This document shows, piece by piece, positions 1 to 11,898 of a stretch of DNA of 64,000 nucleotides (position 1 is its first letter; each line of letters begins with the position of its first letter). The stretch lies in NCBI RefSeq assembly GCF_964204645.1, contig NC_134030.1, positions 7,234,778 through 7,298,777 of the forward strand. The letters run 5' to 3'. This DNA comes from Tubulanus polymorphus. Lineage: Eukaryota; Animalia; Nemertea. The notes below the pieces were generated by a model. It saw only the letters and a list, made by a program, of their open reading frames with translations. It was not told the DNA's origin and ran no database searches. A program made the position numbers and the translations under genes.

Positions 1-3000
1 AATTCAATTAAAGAGGAATGCAAAGATTAACATCAAGAACCGGACCTGCTATTCACTGAATCCCCGTTCATAGTGAGCGGTTAGTCTATCCAGGCTCTCA
101 GGACACCCGTTTTCAATCGTAGACAGGGGCAACCGAGTCACCGGTTTCAGTGGTAGAAACTAAGCCCTATTGCGGCAGTCGATCTTTGTTTGTCTGTAAA
201 AAAAGGTTAAACTTATTCTAGTTTGTTAAGCCGCTATAAGTTCTCAAGTCATCTTCTACGCAAAAAACCATGTAGCTTATGTTTTTGGGCTATTTCCTGC
301 TTAGAATTTTCCGGTAGAAAAAAGTGCAGGCTTAAAACAGATTTATTCTTTTAAGACAAGGTCGCGCTTATTAACGCGTATAGTCAAGTTTTCCTAAGTA
401 GGTAAGTATTTTGTTTGATCGATAAAAAGACTTCAAGAGAAGAGCTATCAACCGAAGCCGAACCGCATCGCAATAATTCACGTCATAAACTGAAAAGCAA
501 GTCGTAAATGGATAACACGTTGAACATGATGAGTATGATGAGGACAACACTAGCACTAAACCTGCGATATCATTGAAAACGTCTTATCAGCGATTACCAG
601 ATTCAAAGAAGCCGGCGGTATTTTCGAAGACGAGTAGAACGACATCGCCGGGCCGCGTACAATGTCGCAGATGATGACGAACACGACGCCACATCCATCA
701 TCCGAAACAGGGAAAAAAGAGAAGACGTAAAACACGAAACATAGCGCTGTGGCAAACTTCTGTCTACATTGTCGCCAATGTAATAAATCTGACAGCGCGA
801 GCTTCTACAAGCGACTAAACATCGCGAACGAATACACGAAGAAAAAAAATCTATTCAAATTCAATTGCGATTGATTTTTCCTTCGCATCGGCATCGTCGA
901 GATTTTCATAGCTGCGCGAACATCGCGAGCGCAGTTAAACGGATGTTTTCGTTTCGTATAAAATACACGAGCGACGGCGGAAATGCGCGCACGGAAAAGA
1001 TCATCTTCTTCGAATGCTTTCGCTGTGACGGACACGGGATTATTGATCAGACAAGCGGAAAAAATGAAACCAACGCTTGCAACTTAGGCTGGATGGCTGG
1101 CTAATTAATCAAACACGCCGAGCATTCCATGCTGTCATTTAAGTGCCATACAGTAACTGATGTCTTAGCTTTTGAAGATAACTCACTCTCTCTCTCGGCT
1201 AAACTATAATCGATGGAAAACCTCACAAAGGAACGAACTCTTGTTGCAAACAAGTCGAAATGTCTAGAGAGGCTAGACAGAAATAATGTCATAAACCATT
1301 TCAGCCATGTATAACGTTTCGGAACCAAGTTACCGTAACAGTTTATCATGTAAAAATCTATTGAAGTCATCCATTCGAAAAAAGACTACATAATGAAAAT
1401 AAAATACGCGCGAGAATTTTACAGAAAATCAATTCCGTCGATCTTTTTTCAGTTGAACATTCGAACAAGCGATGTTTGTTTGACGAGTTTGTTTTCCGTG
1501 CGTTATAATACTGAGGTGGAGCTAAAACAATAAAACAAGGCGATAACGTTTCTTTGATCAGCCTGTGCTCTGTTTGATTCCACTTGTTTTCGACGTGGAG
1601 ATGTTTTTTGAGCGAATCGATTGTTCTGTTAATTGTTAAGCAAACTCGGGCCACTCAGCGATCCACGTTGCCTTTGTTATAGTCGAACATGGTTTCCTAT
1701 ACGGTATTTTTCGTTCGATGGCCATTGAGCGGGCTCTAAAAGCGCGCGTGGCATAGTTACACATCCGTTTCTCGTGGCAGCTCCAGAAATTGTCTTTTCC
1801 TGATTTTCTTTTTTTTATCCAATTTCGAATCTATGGAGGACCGCGGTGGGAAAGTTTTCGCCAACGTCGAATGTAATGTAGACAAGACGGTATCAGGAGC
1901 CGCCAGCGTTAAAAAGTAAGGGTTGGGAATACCTCTGGCATTCTGGCCACTGAAATGGCTTGCGCTACCCTTCGTCAGACACCGACTATCATCATTAATA
2001 TTTCAGCAGAGTCTGAAACTTGTTCACTAATTCACCTAATGCATGAAAACAAATGAAATAGACTCTGCCGGTGCCATTAAAATCAATTAACACTTAAATT
2101 CTCTTCCCTCCAGGAGTTTAAGTTAATCGTATTTGCCAGTGTAAATTGCCTCGAACTCGGATTAAGTACTGTGCTTGAAATGCCAAGTCTCAACACAGAC
2201 TAGCTAGACGTCAAAAACACATTGAAAAATTGGCTGCGATATAAGTACGGAGCATTATTGAATTACTGTTGAAGCTACTCGTTGTAACAACAGCGAGATC
2301 AATATAATAGGTCTAAAACTCTTGATGATATCGAAATGGAGAGTATATACAAGCCATCGATATGTGCTATACGTGCTATCAGAGTACAAACAGTCATAAC
2401 AGACGAGTAGAGCAAAATGACGTTCAGTTGAATCACCCGAAAAGTGGGTACGAAAAAGACATCTTCGTTGTATTTCATTGTTTAGTGATAGACCAAAGAA
2501 GTCACCTAAAAACCAGTGTTTGTAGCATCAGACAGTAAAAACACAATTTTCACCGGTTGTTTTGTACGACTTCCTTCGTTTCTCAGCGTTGAAGTCGAGA
2601 TCTCGATGAGTCAGGCGTTTACCTAACCGGAATCGACTGTCGGAAATACATCAAAAATCCCCAATTTCCCGTCTATTGTTTGCGATATCGTCCTCCTCCG
2701 TATATTACATGGTCTGATGCAAAAAACATATCTCGATTGGCATCGGGGATATTAATTATGATCTGATTAGTTGCGGTTACAATAAATTGCATTACGATTA
2801 TCTCAGCTATACAGCTCCATCATTGCATTAAGTCGCCATCTCGAGTCTCCAGTGAACCACATACGTATATTAAAGTGTATGGAAATCACATCATAAGCAT
2901 GCGTTTGAAGTTAAGTCGTATGTTCGCGTGAGTATTTCTTTAATGTACCACGATTCAAAAGTGGCGACTGCGTTATTCGAAATATCTAATAAACCTTATC

Positions 3001-5636
3001 AGCCCTGTGAGGTTGGTGAAATCATGGAATGGACTAAACTATGGAAGCAAACAATTTTCAACGCGGCTTTATTTAACAACAAACACTACAATTCGAGATA
3101 TGTCAACGTCATCGTTATCAGGGACGATAAAATGAAATCAGGAATGTAAGAATCATATCGAGGGGGGGCTGTCCCAGGCGATCAGGAGATAGTTAGCAAC
3201 CGCATCGATCATCCGCAACACGACGCCGAGTAGACTCTGACGCCGCGGAGGTAGTAGGTGTAAACGACCGAGCGGCAATCGATAGAAGAGGGGATTAGAC
3301 GAGCTCAGAATCGGCCACGATGCGATTACGCCGACACTAAATGAAAAATCTGTGCTGCAGCAGATAACGACGAATAAATGTTTTTACACGTTTAACGAGT
3401 GAGACTCGTTCGCATCAAAATAGAATCAAACTGATTATCGCTGCTTCTTATTTCTGCTCTTGATGTTGGAAGTAAAGTCGAGAGCGCAGACTGAGTCGAA
3501 AGTCGTGTAATTACCATTACGAAGTTTCGAGTTAGAGATAGTGCCATATTCAACCATCAGCCTATTTGGAAAAGAAAATGTCGGCTCAATGCGGTGGTCA
3601 CGTTAGTATCGAACAGAAAAACAGGCCCGTGGGTCATTTCTGCTGCTAATACCTAGCTCCATGCGTTGCTATACTGACTAGGGTCCCACCATCCTGGTGA
3701 TTGGGCCATCGGTCTCAGTTTTAAATGGCCGGTACTTGTATAAACACAAAGAATAGTTCCATACCTTGTGTCCACAGGCACACAAGCGTGTCACGCTCTG
3801 GGTAAGTTTGATATACACACATCCTTAGCGGAAGATAGTGGAATAGTTGCGGGATACGTGAGAGGCCAATTCATTGCCTCTTGTTGGATAGAATATGACA
3901 ACATTTGCCTGTCTATGACCTCTTCATGATTGATCAATAGAAAACAATTAAAAACTGGTCGCTAAGGAGATAGAAAGAACCGAATAGGAGATGAAAAGCA
4001 TGTTAACTAGAAAGAACGGACGAAGTGCTCGCTATACGAAAGAATGAAGTATCGACTGAAGATGATATTCCTTATGTCAACTGAAGCTTCACGAACTGAA
4101 CTGAATCTACGCCGTGATCTTAAACTGCGAGAGTAAAAAGTACGTAAGTATCAGAGAGAAACTGATACGTTGTGAAAAATCGACATTTGAAACGAAGGCA
4201 ACAAAAATGAAACCTTTACAATGCTTATCGAGAAAGAGTTTATTTCTAAGGAGTTAGTATACCGACGGGATAAGGTTTTAGCAGCTGACTAAATCCAGAA
4301 TCCTTGCAACCTCCTGAAACCTTGGAAATTAGCACTATGAAATGTATGCTCCTATTGTACGCAGTGTTTCATCGTACAGCGCTGACGGTAGTTTATGCCT
4401 GGTGTACACAAACATGGAACGTCATTATGAACGACTGGGGACTATTACTTTTCCATCATCTGTTTTAGCTCAGTATCCGACAACAGTCACAAAACTGTAA
4501 CGGCGTTTCGGCCGTTGTCCATTTCAGGAAAACGAACGAACCGTGCTGCGCTCAACGTCACAATATGAAATATAGTAATACCGTATGAATACCATAATCT
4601 ATGCCTACACCAAAAGGTAAAACTTCAAAACCGTTAGAACTTAATGATGCCTTAATTGGGACATCATATCCCCTAATTGGGACATCTGAAACTTCATATT
4701 AAAATCTTCTTACTTAGAATAAAGAATTTGGTTTTTTGTTAGTTTCCAGGCCTTAGGCTGACGCCAAATTGACGACTAACCACTGGAAGCAGCACCAGAG
4801 CTGCATTTGCCATTGCAGTTCTTCCCGTGTTTTCTCCGAGCTTTACATTATGCATAGAGAATAAATATACGCATTGACAATGGCAATACGTACATGGGGC
4901 AGGTGGCATTATACGGATAGACCAGGATTTTTATCCCTTCACCAAGGCCTCGAGGTATTCGATAAATCGGCAGTGATCATCCAAATATAGGTCTCCTTGA
5001 TCTACATACAAAACTACCGGGTATATAGCAAGCACTTCACTTATGTATTACTGAAACAATTCAGCAACGTTTTACCATGGGAATTTCACGACGAAATAAC
5101 GGGTCATGCCAGACTGAAAACAGTCACTTTTTATCCATTACCCAGTTTAGCGACAGTGACAGGATAGCGCCGTTCCGTCGTCTTTGAGCGCAGTTCACCA
5201 AATTGGCGCGTCTGAATAATTGAACGAATTCTGACGAATTTTGATTTTCGAAATGAAGCAGGTCACCACGGTGATAGATTGCCTTCGTACGCGGACGGTG
5301 AAGTCGTGGCACCTCGGGCGTTTTTAAAGCGATGAATCATTCATTCCAGTGACGAGAAAACATTAGAAAATTTAGGAAATGCCGTGCAATTCTCGAACGT
5401 GGCCTAAGACAGTTCACACAACATCCACATTGGACAGTTCGATATTGAAATATTCAACTCTGGCTAGCTACTAATCTGGCATCTAAGAATGACGACTATT
5501 CGAGGAACAATTTTTGACAACGACCGATGCCCAGAGTTCAATCCTCCCGCAGATTTCAGTTGGTCGATGTTTAGTCAACAGCCGCACTTGGGCACGGGTC
5601 CTTACCGCTGCAAACGATGCCATCAGGTTGTTGAGG

Positions 5637-5831
5637 CATCCTCGCTTGACAGGGTTTGATCGCCTCCCGCGCTCACACCGACTCTAGCCGCAAACCCGTC
5701 ATTGGTCTATTACATTGCCCAAGATTTCTCGGGCTGTCTAGGTATAAAGCCAATCAGATGCGTTACGCGACTAGGGTTTGTGTTGGCGTGAGCTTCCGCT
5801 AGAGGCTATCAAACCCTGGCAAGCGAGGATG
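5637..5831. mobile_element. MITE with 24-bp terminal inverted repeats (non-autonomous DNA transposon)
   Basis: Left CATCCTCGCTTGACAGGGTTTGAT (5637-5660) and right ATCAAACCCTGGCAAGCGAGGATG (5808-5831) are 23/24 reverse-complementary. The 8-bp flanks TGTTGAGG and AATTGAGG match 6/8, a possible decayed 8-bp TSD (hAT/P-like). No ORF. Confidence 0.85.
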
Positions 5832-7448
5832 AATTGAGGACGACTATTGTCACGAATAATTCGATAATGAGACATCTCGCCGAAGAATTCGTTCGTTAAA
5901 GCAGCTAATTCCTGTTTGAATCACTAAACAGCTTCGTAGAAGCTCAGGTGTTACCAGTTCATACGTCTATAAGAGGTTAACATTATTCACAGACAAGACA
6001 CCCTTTAATGATGGCACTGAGTCAGTGTCAAACAAAGAATGCGCATAGTAGCTGAAGTGCTGGTTGGTCGCAACAAAGATTATGGATTTGACATCATCAT
6101 GGTAACTGTTGTTACAGACGAACTGAGTATTTATAAAAATTGTATATACACATAAAGCTGCAGTTACTGTATCGCTTCACCAACTGAATCCTAATTGATA
6201 TATAATCATGAAATACATACACAATAAACCTATACAGTAAGTCTGGAAGGCACATCTCGGGATTTAAGGAGACTGTTATGACACACATTCATTACCGATG
6301 AACATAAAACATACATAAAAAAAAATCGCGATGTGTGACAAAATCTACTGCACAAAAACGAGGGAAACGCTGCTGCTATAGCAGTAAAACGCGGAATACT
6401 TCTGAGAGCTACTGTTAACTGCTGGAAATATCAAATTCGTGCCCTAAACATTAAATAGATTGTCAGTCCTGCGTTTTCGCGTTTCAACACTTCAAAGAGA
6501 AGGCGCTTAAAGACGCTCGTAAATTGATACGAAACTCAAAGCGAATAGAAATCCGCCGTTAAGACGGCTGGTATATTTTTTATGAAGTAGAAGGCTCCAA
6601 GGAGCCATGACTGTCTCATTTCTCCGATTCGTTAAGCAGAAAACTAGACGACCCCATCGACTCGGTGAAAGTTTTTTCCATCTAAAGCAGTTCCAACACA
6701 GTGGATTCAATTAAGAAATTCACATTAGCTGCATTAGGCGTATGAAGGAGGCTTGGTCTAACTATAAGGTGCAACAGCCACGATTTAATGATTTACCATA
6801 AATGGTTAATTTGTCATTCGAAGACGTCAATAGAATAGGAACTAAAATCGAGGAACGGAGTGAGCTCGAGTTTTAAAACTTTTTGTAGCCGACTACACGA
6901 GGACAAGAATAAGGCATCTGACTGATGTAATGCTAATCCGAGTCCGGTTTAACACTGCTACACGAATCTGCCTCATCGAGTCAGAAAAAAACCGCGATAT
7001 CGACTCGTTAGTTTTCGACGGGAAGATAAAACGATACGCGTAATACTGCTGACATTTGAAATGACTACAGAAATTACGGAACATCGACTACCGAAGTCGG
7101 GAATGTTTGTCAGACAGGTAGATCGGTATTAGAGTAATGTTGTAAAATGATCGTTCGTCGAACGCTAACCAACGAGATCAGATCGTGAATAGCGATAATC
7201 ACGTAGATAAGGAAAAAATGTTTACGAAGAAATAAGTGTCGGATGCCTAATAGCTTCAGTAGACAGAAAAAAAGCCTCGGCTGTCATTGCAGAAGTTTAG
7301 AAGAGATCACGCACTATATATCAATACCCAACCAAGATAAGAATATCAAAGCTAATGAGTTTAAAGCCCACTACAGAATTCAAAAATTGCATCTATCAAG
7401 AATTGATATAAACAATGTTCCGAACTCTCACCAGAGATCATCATCAAA

Positions 7449-7574
7449 GGCCAGTTGCTCAAAAGTTGGTTAAAGATAACCAGCGGATAAATGCCATTAG
7501 TAACAATTAACTTTTAATTGTCACTGTGTCAACTATCCACTCGTTAACTGTAACCAACTTTTGAGCAACTAGCC
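7449..7574. mobile_element. MITE, PIF/Harbinger-like GGCCAGTTG termini
   Basis: GGCCAGTTGCTCAAAAGTTGGTTA (7449-7472) and TAACCAACTTTTGAGCAACTAGCC (7551-7574) form a 23/24 inverted match; 126 bp, non-coding. Superfamily is inferred from terminal sequence style only. Confidence 0.85.
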
Positions 7575-9788
7575 CCATCAGGTGTGAGGGAAAAGCTAGG
7601 GGAGAACAGGTTAATTGGGTAAATTTCTGATTGAGAAGATAATCTCAATAAGATTCGATTTTAATCTTTTCTGTGAATTCTGTATATGGGGTTTCAAACT
7701 TATTATCTGTTTTATACATCTGAGTGTCGCTATTCTATACCAATATTGAAGATTTCTATTCTGCTGAATTTTCAAAAAGATGATATTTATTAAAATGTTC
7801 GTTGGACATTTGTAATTGAGACGTTGATTGATATTGAAAGAATGTTTCCTTTAAAACGGTGCACACCTCAGCACTTTATAGTTCACCAAAACATAAGATA
7901 TGAAAATTACTCGAGATTTGGAAAAGGAAAATGCGAGCTGTTTAATAACAACGACAGGTGGTAGAGATAAAGGGGCAGAGAAACGCAGAAACAGATTAAT
8001 CCTTTGATAAAGATGAAATACCGGGAATATCTTCAATTACTTCAGACACCAACAAAATAACCGGGGCATTTCTCGCAATCAATCTTAAGTGCTCAGACGG
8101 CGGTCCATTAATGTTCATAAAGATATCTTCTAATGCTATTTCTGATTAGACGACGTGGTTACTTCTTTAATGCGTAGCCTATCGCAGAAAACGTGAACAC
8201 AGTCACCCGCGTTGACCCTGTAATTCATTTACAAGCTCTGCAACAATGCTGATAAAACGTTGCTGTCATGCCATCGCATTTTCAGCCCATCAGCTTCCTT
8301 TTGTCGTTTAAGTATCCGTGATTTAGGCAGGCCCCGATAAAAGCTCTTCAATTGATTGGCCGTCATTAATCATAGTGTTTGGTTCTGCTTCGGCTTCGTT
8401 TAAGGTCATCAACGATGCCTTATTTATGCTCGTTCATCCGCAGTTAGTTAATGACGAGGCGAGGCGACTCGCCGCGAGACAGTTCGGAATTCAATTTGCA
8501 TATAAAACATAAAATAGTGAGTTCTAGTTTGATATTTTTTGTAATGGAGTACCGGCTATGCTACTACGGCATTCGAGTGGTAATCGGAAAAAGCAAAACT
8601 ATCTGGAGATGTATTGCTTGCTACATAAACCACTTGCTACATAAACCTATTTGCGTTCGGCCATCGTCGAAAAGATATGAAAACTAAGGCGGTTTTCAAT
8701 TAAAGAGGAATGTCTTAAGAGGGCACGATATTGATGGGAAAAACGACAGGTGCTACTTGTTGAAAATGATGTAACAAACACGAATCGATTTGTTCTTTTT
8801 TGCTATCAACAAAGTTATATTTGAAAATGTCATTACTCGAGTTTGTCGGTTTGACTGAGAGGACCGTGCGCGTTTTGATTCAACTCTTCAATCCATACCC
8901 GCGTTTCTATTTGATTACGCGGCCAAAACTGTTTCAATATTTACCGCGCGCTCTATGATAATCGAATTTTGTATCGCGGCTTTATCATCAATCAAAGTTG
9001 GAAATAAACTACCGAAGACGCGGGACGCCGGTTTTGAATCTGTACACGCCCCAGCTTCACGAACGACTTTAATCAACATGTCATCGTTACGTACAGCAAT
9101 TTCAAGTCGGCCCGAGTCTGCCTCTGCTATTAGAACAAATGGTTATTTTGAGGAACTTTAAGGGGTTCTTCAGCTCGTGCGGAGAAACCCCTGTTCAAGT
9201 GCAGAGGAAACGAAGGCATGTATGGAGGGGCAGCGCTGGATGAGATAGGGGAGCACTTGTCTGGTTAACTTGGTAATAATTTCTTGGTCTGAATTCGGAT
9301 TCAAATCGCAGTTATAGATAATACTGTGGCCTCGGCGGAGTAATAAGTTATTTCTATTCTGAATGAATATCGTACAAGAGCGTAAAACAGATTGACCCGT
9401 GCGTGCATCTCGAATAGTATATAATGGTTTTATCCGACGAGCCTCCACGCCGTGATTAGTTGATTATTTCCTGATCTATAGCGTCGCTGAAAAAAGACTA
9501 CCTGACAGCTTGCTGTCGTGACCCGCGAGTATCGACCAAAGCTAATTGAAATACCATCCTTTCAAGAATGTTGACTGAAGAGTTTTTACTCCTTATCGTG
9601 GCTATTACCAGCGAACGTTACAACGTGTATACTACCCATTCAGCAAACTGTCACCGGTTATTTGCAGTTTTTCTTTTCATAACCTCATGAATATTTTTTC
9701 ACTCGAGGATGATTTTTCTTCGACGGCGAATACAAAAATGCTTCCGTCAGAAATATAAAAAGAAACATGATCCAACAGAAATTAACAG

Positions 9789-9899
9789 GGTCCAGTTCCA
9801 CAGTTCTGAGTTAAGGTTTGACTCTGAGTTAACTCATTGAAAATGAACTAAATCTTTAAACTCAGAGTTAACTCTAACTCACAACTGTAGAACTGGATC
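9789..9899. mobile_element. MITE with 3-bp CAG target-site duplication (PIF/Harbinger-like)
   Basis: TIRs GGTCCAGTTCCACAGTTCTGAGTTA (9789-9813) and TAACTCACAACTGTAGAACTGGATC (9875-9899), 22/25. A second internal inverted pair ACTCTGAGTT/AACTCAGAGT. CAG directly flanks both ends (9786-9788, 9900-9902). Confidence 0.88.
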
Positions 9900-10593
9900 C
9901 AGGTGAATTACGAGGCTCGGTCTGCTTAGCTAGGTTGTCCAATGGGCGATGGCAAATGGCAATTGACAACCGTTGGGCCTCAAACACCACTTCGGCTGAT
10001 CTGAAAAAATCGAATACTCTATGTTTCTATGATGAAATTCCTAATTCCCTCGCCCTCTCAATGCTGCATATTTCATTCTCAAAAACGTTTCGCGCTCAGA
10101 TCGATAATTTCATTTTATCCAAACATATCTTATGAAACGTAAACTCTGAAGTGGCAATGAAAGCAGTCGAAGTGCTCTCCACATAGAAATGTCAGTTCGT
10201 CGTTAGCATTAATAGCTTTCTCTTCCAGACATGACATTTTTTTTACTGCCTTTAATTAGTACGTGATTCGAAACTGAGAACTGATTACGTTCTATGTTAT
10301 ACGTCGCGTTAATATAATGACGATAAAATGAAACCCAACAACAACCTTGACACTTCAGAAACGACGAGTGTACTTTAAACGCAACTTTGCAGGTATCGAG
10401 ATAAAATCCCAGGGCGAAGCCGTTGCTCTCAAAACGGAAGAGAACCTCGACACACGCTGCATGTGTCGTGAATTAACATGATCCTAGGGGGAGACGTTGC
10501 TCGAGGGAAAATGCTCGACGGAGGCTAAAAATGATACCTTGTTTCTCATATTCGACCGAGTCGTTTTTGTAAACTGCTAAAATTTGTAGTCAT

Positions 10594-10740
10594 TTCATTT
10601 TTATAACTACCAGGTCTGTTCATGTTAGCTTGATCATGATTTTTCTAAAGTAATGCACAGGGTAGAAAGGTGGCCGGCCGGGTCAACTTTTTAAGCTCAG
10701 CAGAAAAGAGAAACAATGTATGAAATTGTTCAGCCTGATC
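10594..10740 (+). repeat. Interspersed repeat family A, copy 1
   Basis: Aligns with 45221-45338 through shared blocks TTCATTT-TATAACT, GGTCTGTT, TTAGCTTGA-CATGATTTT and TTTTAAGCTCAGCAGAAA-GAGAA. This copy has an extra ~25-nt GC-rich segment. Confidence 0.8.
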
Positions 10741-11590
10741 GTCCCATCGCAACATCAAACAAAAATTATTGAAATCGATACTTCAAATATTGATACGTCA
10801 TGATGTTTCATACTTACTTTCGTGACATATACAACACCACCACGTGCAACAGAGAGACTTTCATGGTTTTATTTATCGGCTTCGTTCACTTATAGTCTTC
10901 CACAATATTGAATATTATCAAAAACATATTTCTCGAATAGTTTATATATATGTACTGTATTGGTATCGTGAATAGCGCGAACAATGAAGACGTAAACCTG
11001 AATAAAACCTAAGAGAATCTCTGCCATTTGCGTCATTTTTCACTTTGTCACGAAATTATATTATACATGTTTGATCTATCACATACAACCTACGTTCTAT
11101 ATGCGGGTACAGAAATATTCATTAAAAAGAACTCGTTGCTCGCTTTATATCAGCTCCGATGTCACGAAATGGCGACTGATTTTCGAATACCGGTATGAAG
11201 AATTCACCCCTATATCGCTGGCAACGTCAAGCGAACATGTCGCATATGTCATCGAGAGTCAGTGATTAATGGGGACCCGTATCGTTACAGCATCATACGG
11301 CATCGCGTGCGATTCCTTTGACACCAGTAAACCAAACTCATTTGTATTATTCATCTTTACTCGGATTAGATTTTGAAATCGAACACACACGAAGTCATGC
11401 GTACTGCGCGTGATAAACACTGTTTGCCTCTCGAACACGAAGCTCGTTCGCCGCCTGCGCGACAGTAGCCATCTTGAAATTGTCGAAGCTTTGAAGATTC
11501 GTGCAAATAAAAAGACAGATATCGTTCCGTATGAATTGAAATTAAAGAATTCGGTGCAAAGATAACGAATGAATGGGGGTACCCGCAGTG

Positions 11591-11898
11591 CTACTGAGGC
11601 AATCGAGGATTCCACGTATGACAGGCGAGGATCCGCCAGGTTCGCTAGTAGATAGTTGGTCGTCCGCGTTCGATTTCTTCTACATTTCAATCAAATTAAC
11701 TCTTATATTAAATGAATCAATTATCAATGAAAGCTATAACAATATCCGAGTAGAAGAATGAAAGTATTGTATATTTGGTGGGTGTTGTGATGATATATGT
11801 TTCCGGAGTCTAAAAATCCAGTTAAAATCTCATTGAAAATGAACTAATTCTGACAAAGGACGACCTACTGCTCGTCATGCCAATTGGCGGATTAGCTG
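11591..11898 (+). mobile_element. Interspersed repeat family B, copy 1 (MITE-like, subterminal inverted repeats)
   Basis: Colinear with 25116-25477 over ~300 bp (GGCAATCGAGGATTCC, CAGGCGAGGATCCGC, TCGCTAGTAGATAGT, AAATGAATCAATTA, TAGAAGAATGAAAGTATTGTATATT, GAAAATGAACTAATT). Confidence 0.85.

Noticed and set aside
3-20. 18-nt match TTCAATTAAAGAGGAATG shared with 8696-8713 (possible TTAA-target transposon end)
   Set aside because: AT-rich, with no extension and no matching opposite terminus found.
3248-3266. GAGGTAGTAGGT, a 12-nt match to let-7
   Set aside because: The 5' U is missing, the 3' half diverges, and there is no complementary star arm or pre-miRNA hairpin.
5615-5629. 15-nt exact match CGATGCCATCAGGTT shared with 61849-61863
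   Set aside because: A few 15-mer matches are expected by chance in 64 kb, and the flanks do not align convincingly.
11259-11690. ORF starting MKCRRNRTRTTNYLLANLAD, resembling the GPCR TM2 motif RTxTNYLLxNLAxxD
   Set aside because: The motif lies inside repeat family B, the second copy has indels breaking this frame, and no hydrophobic helix follows. Coincidental.
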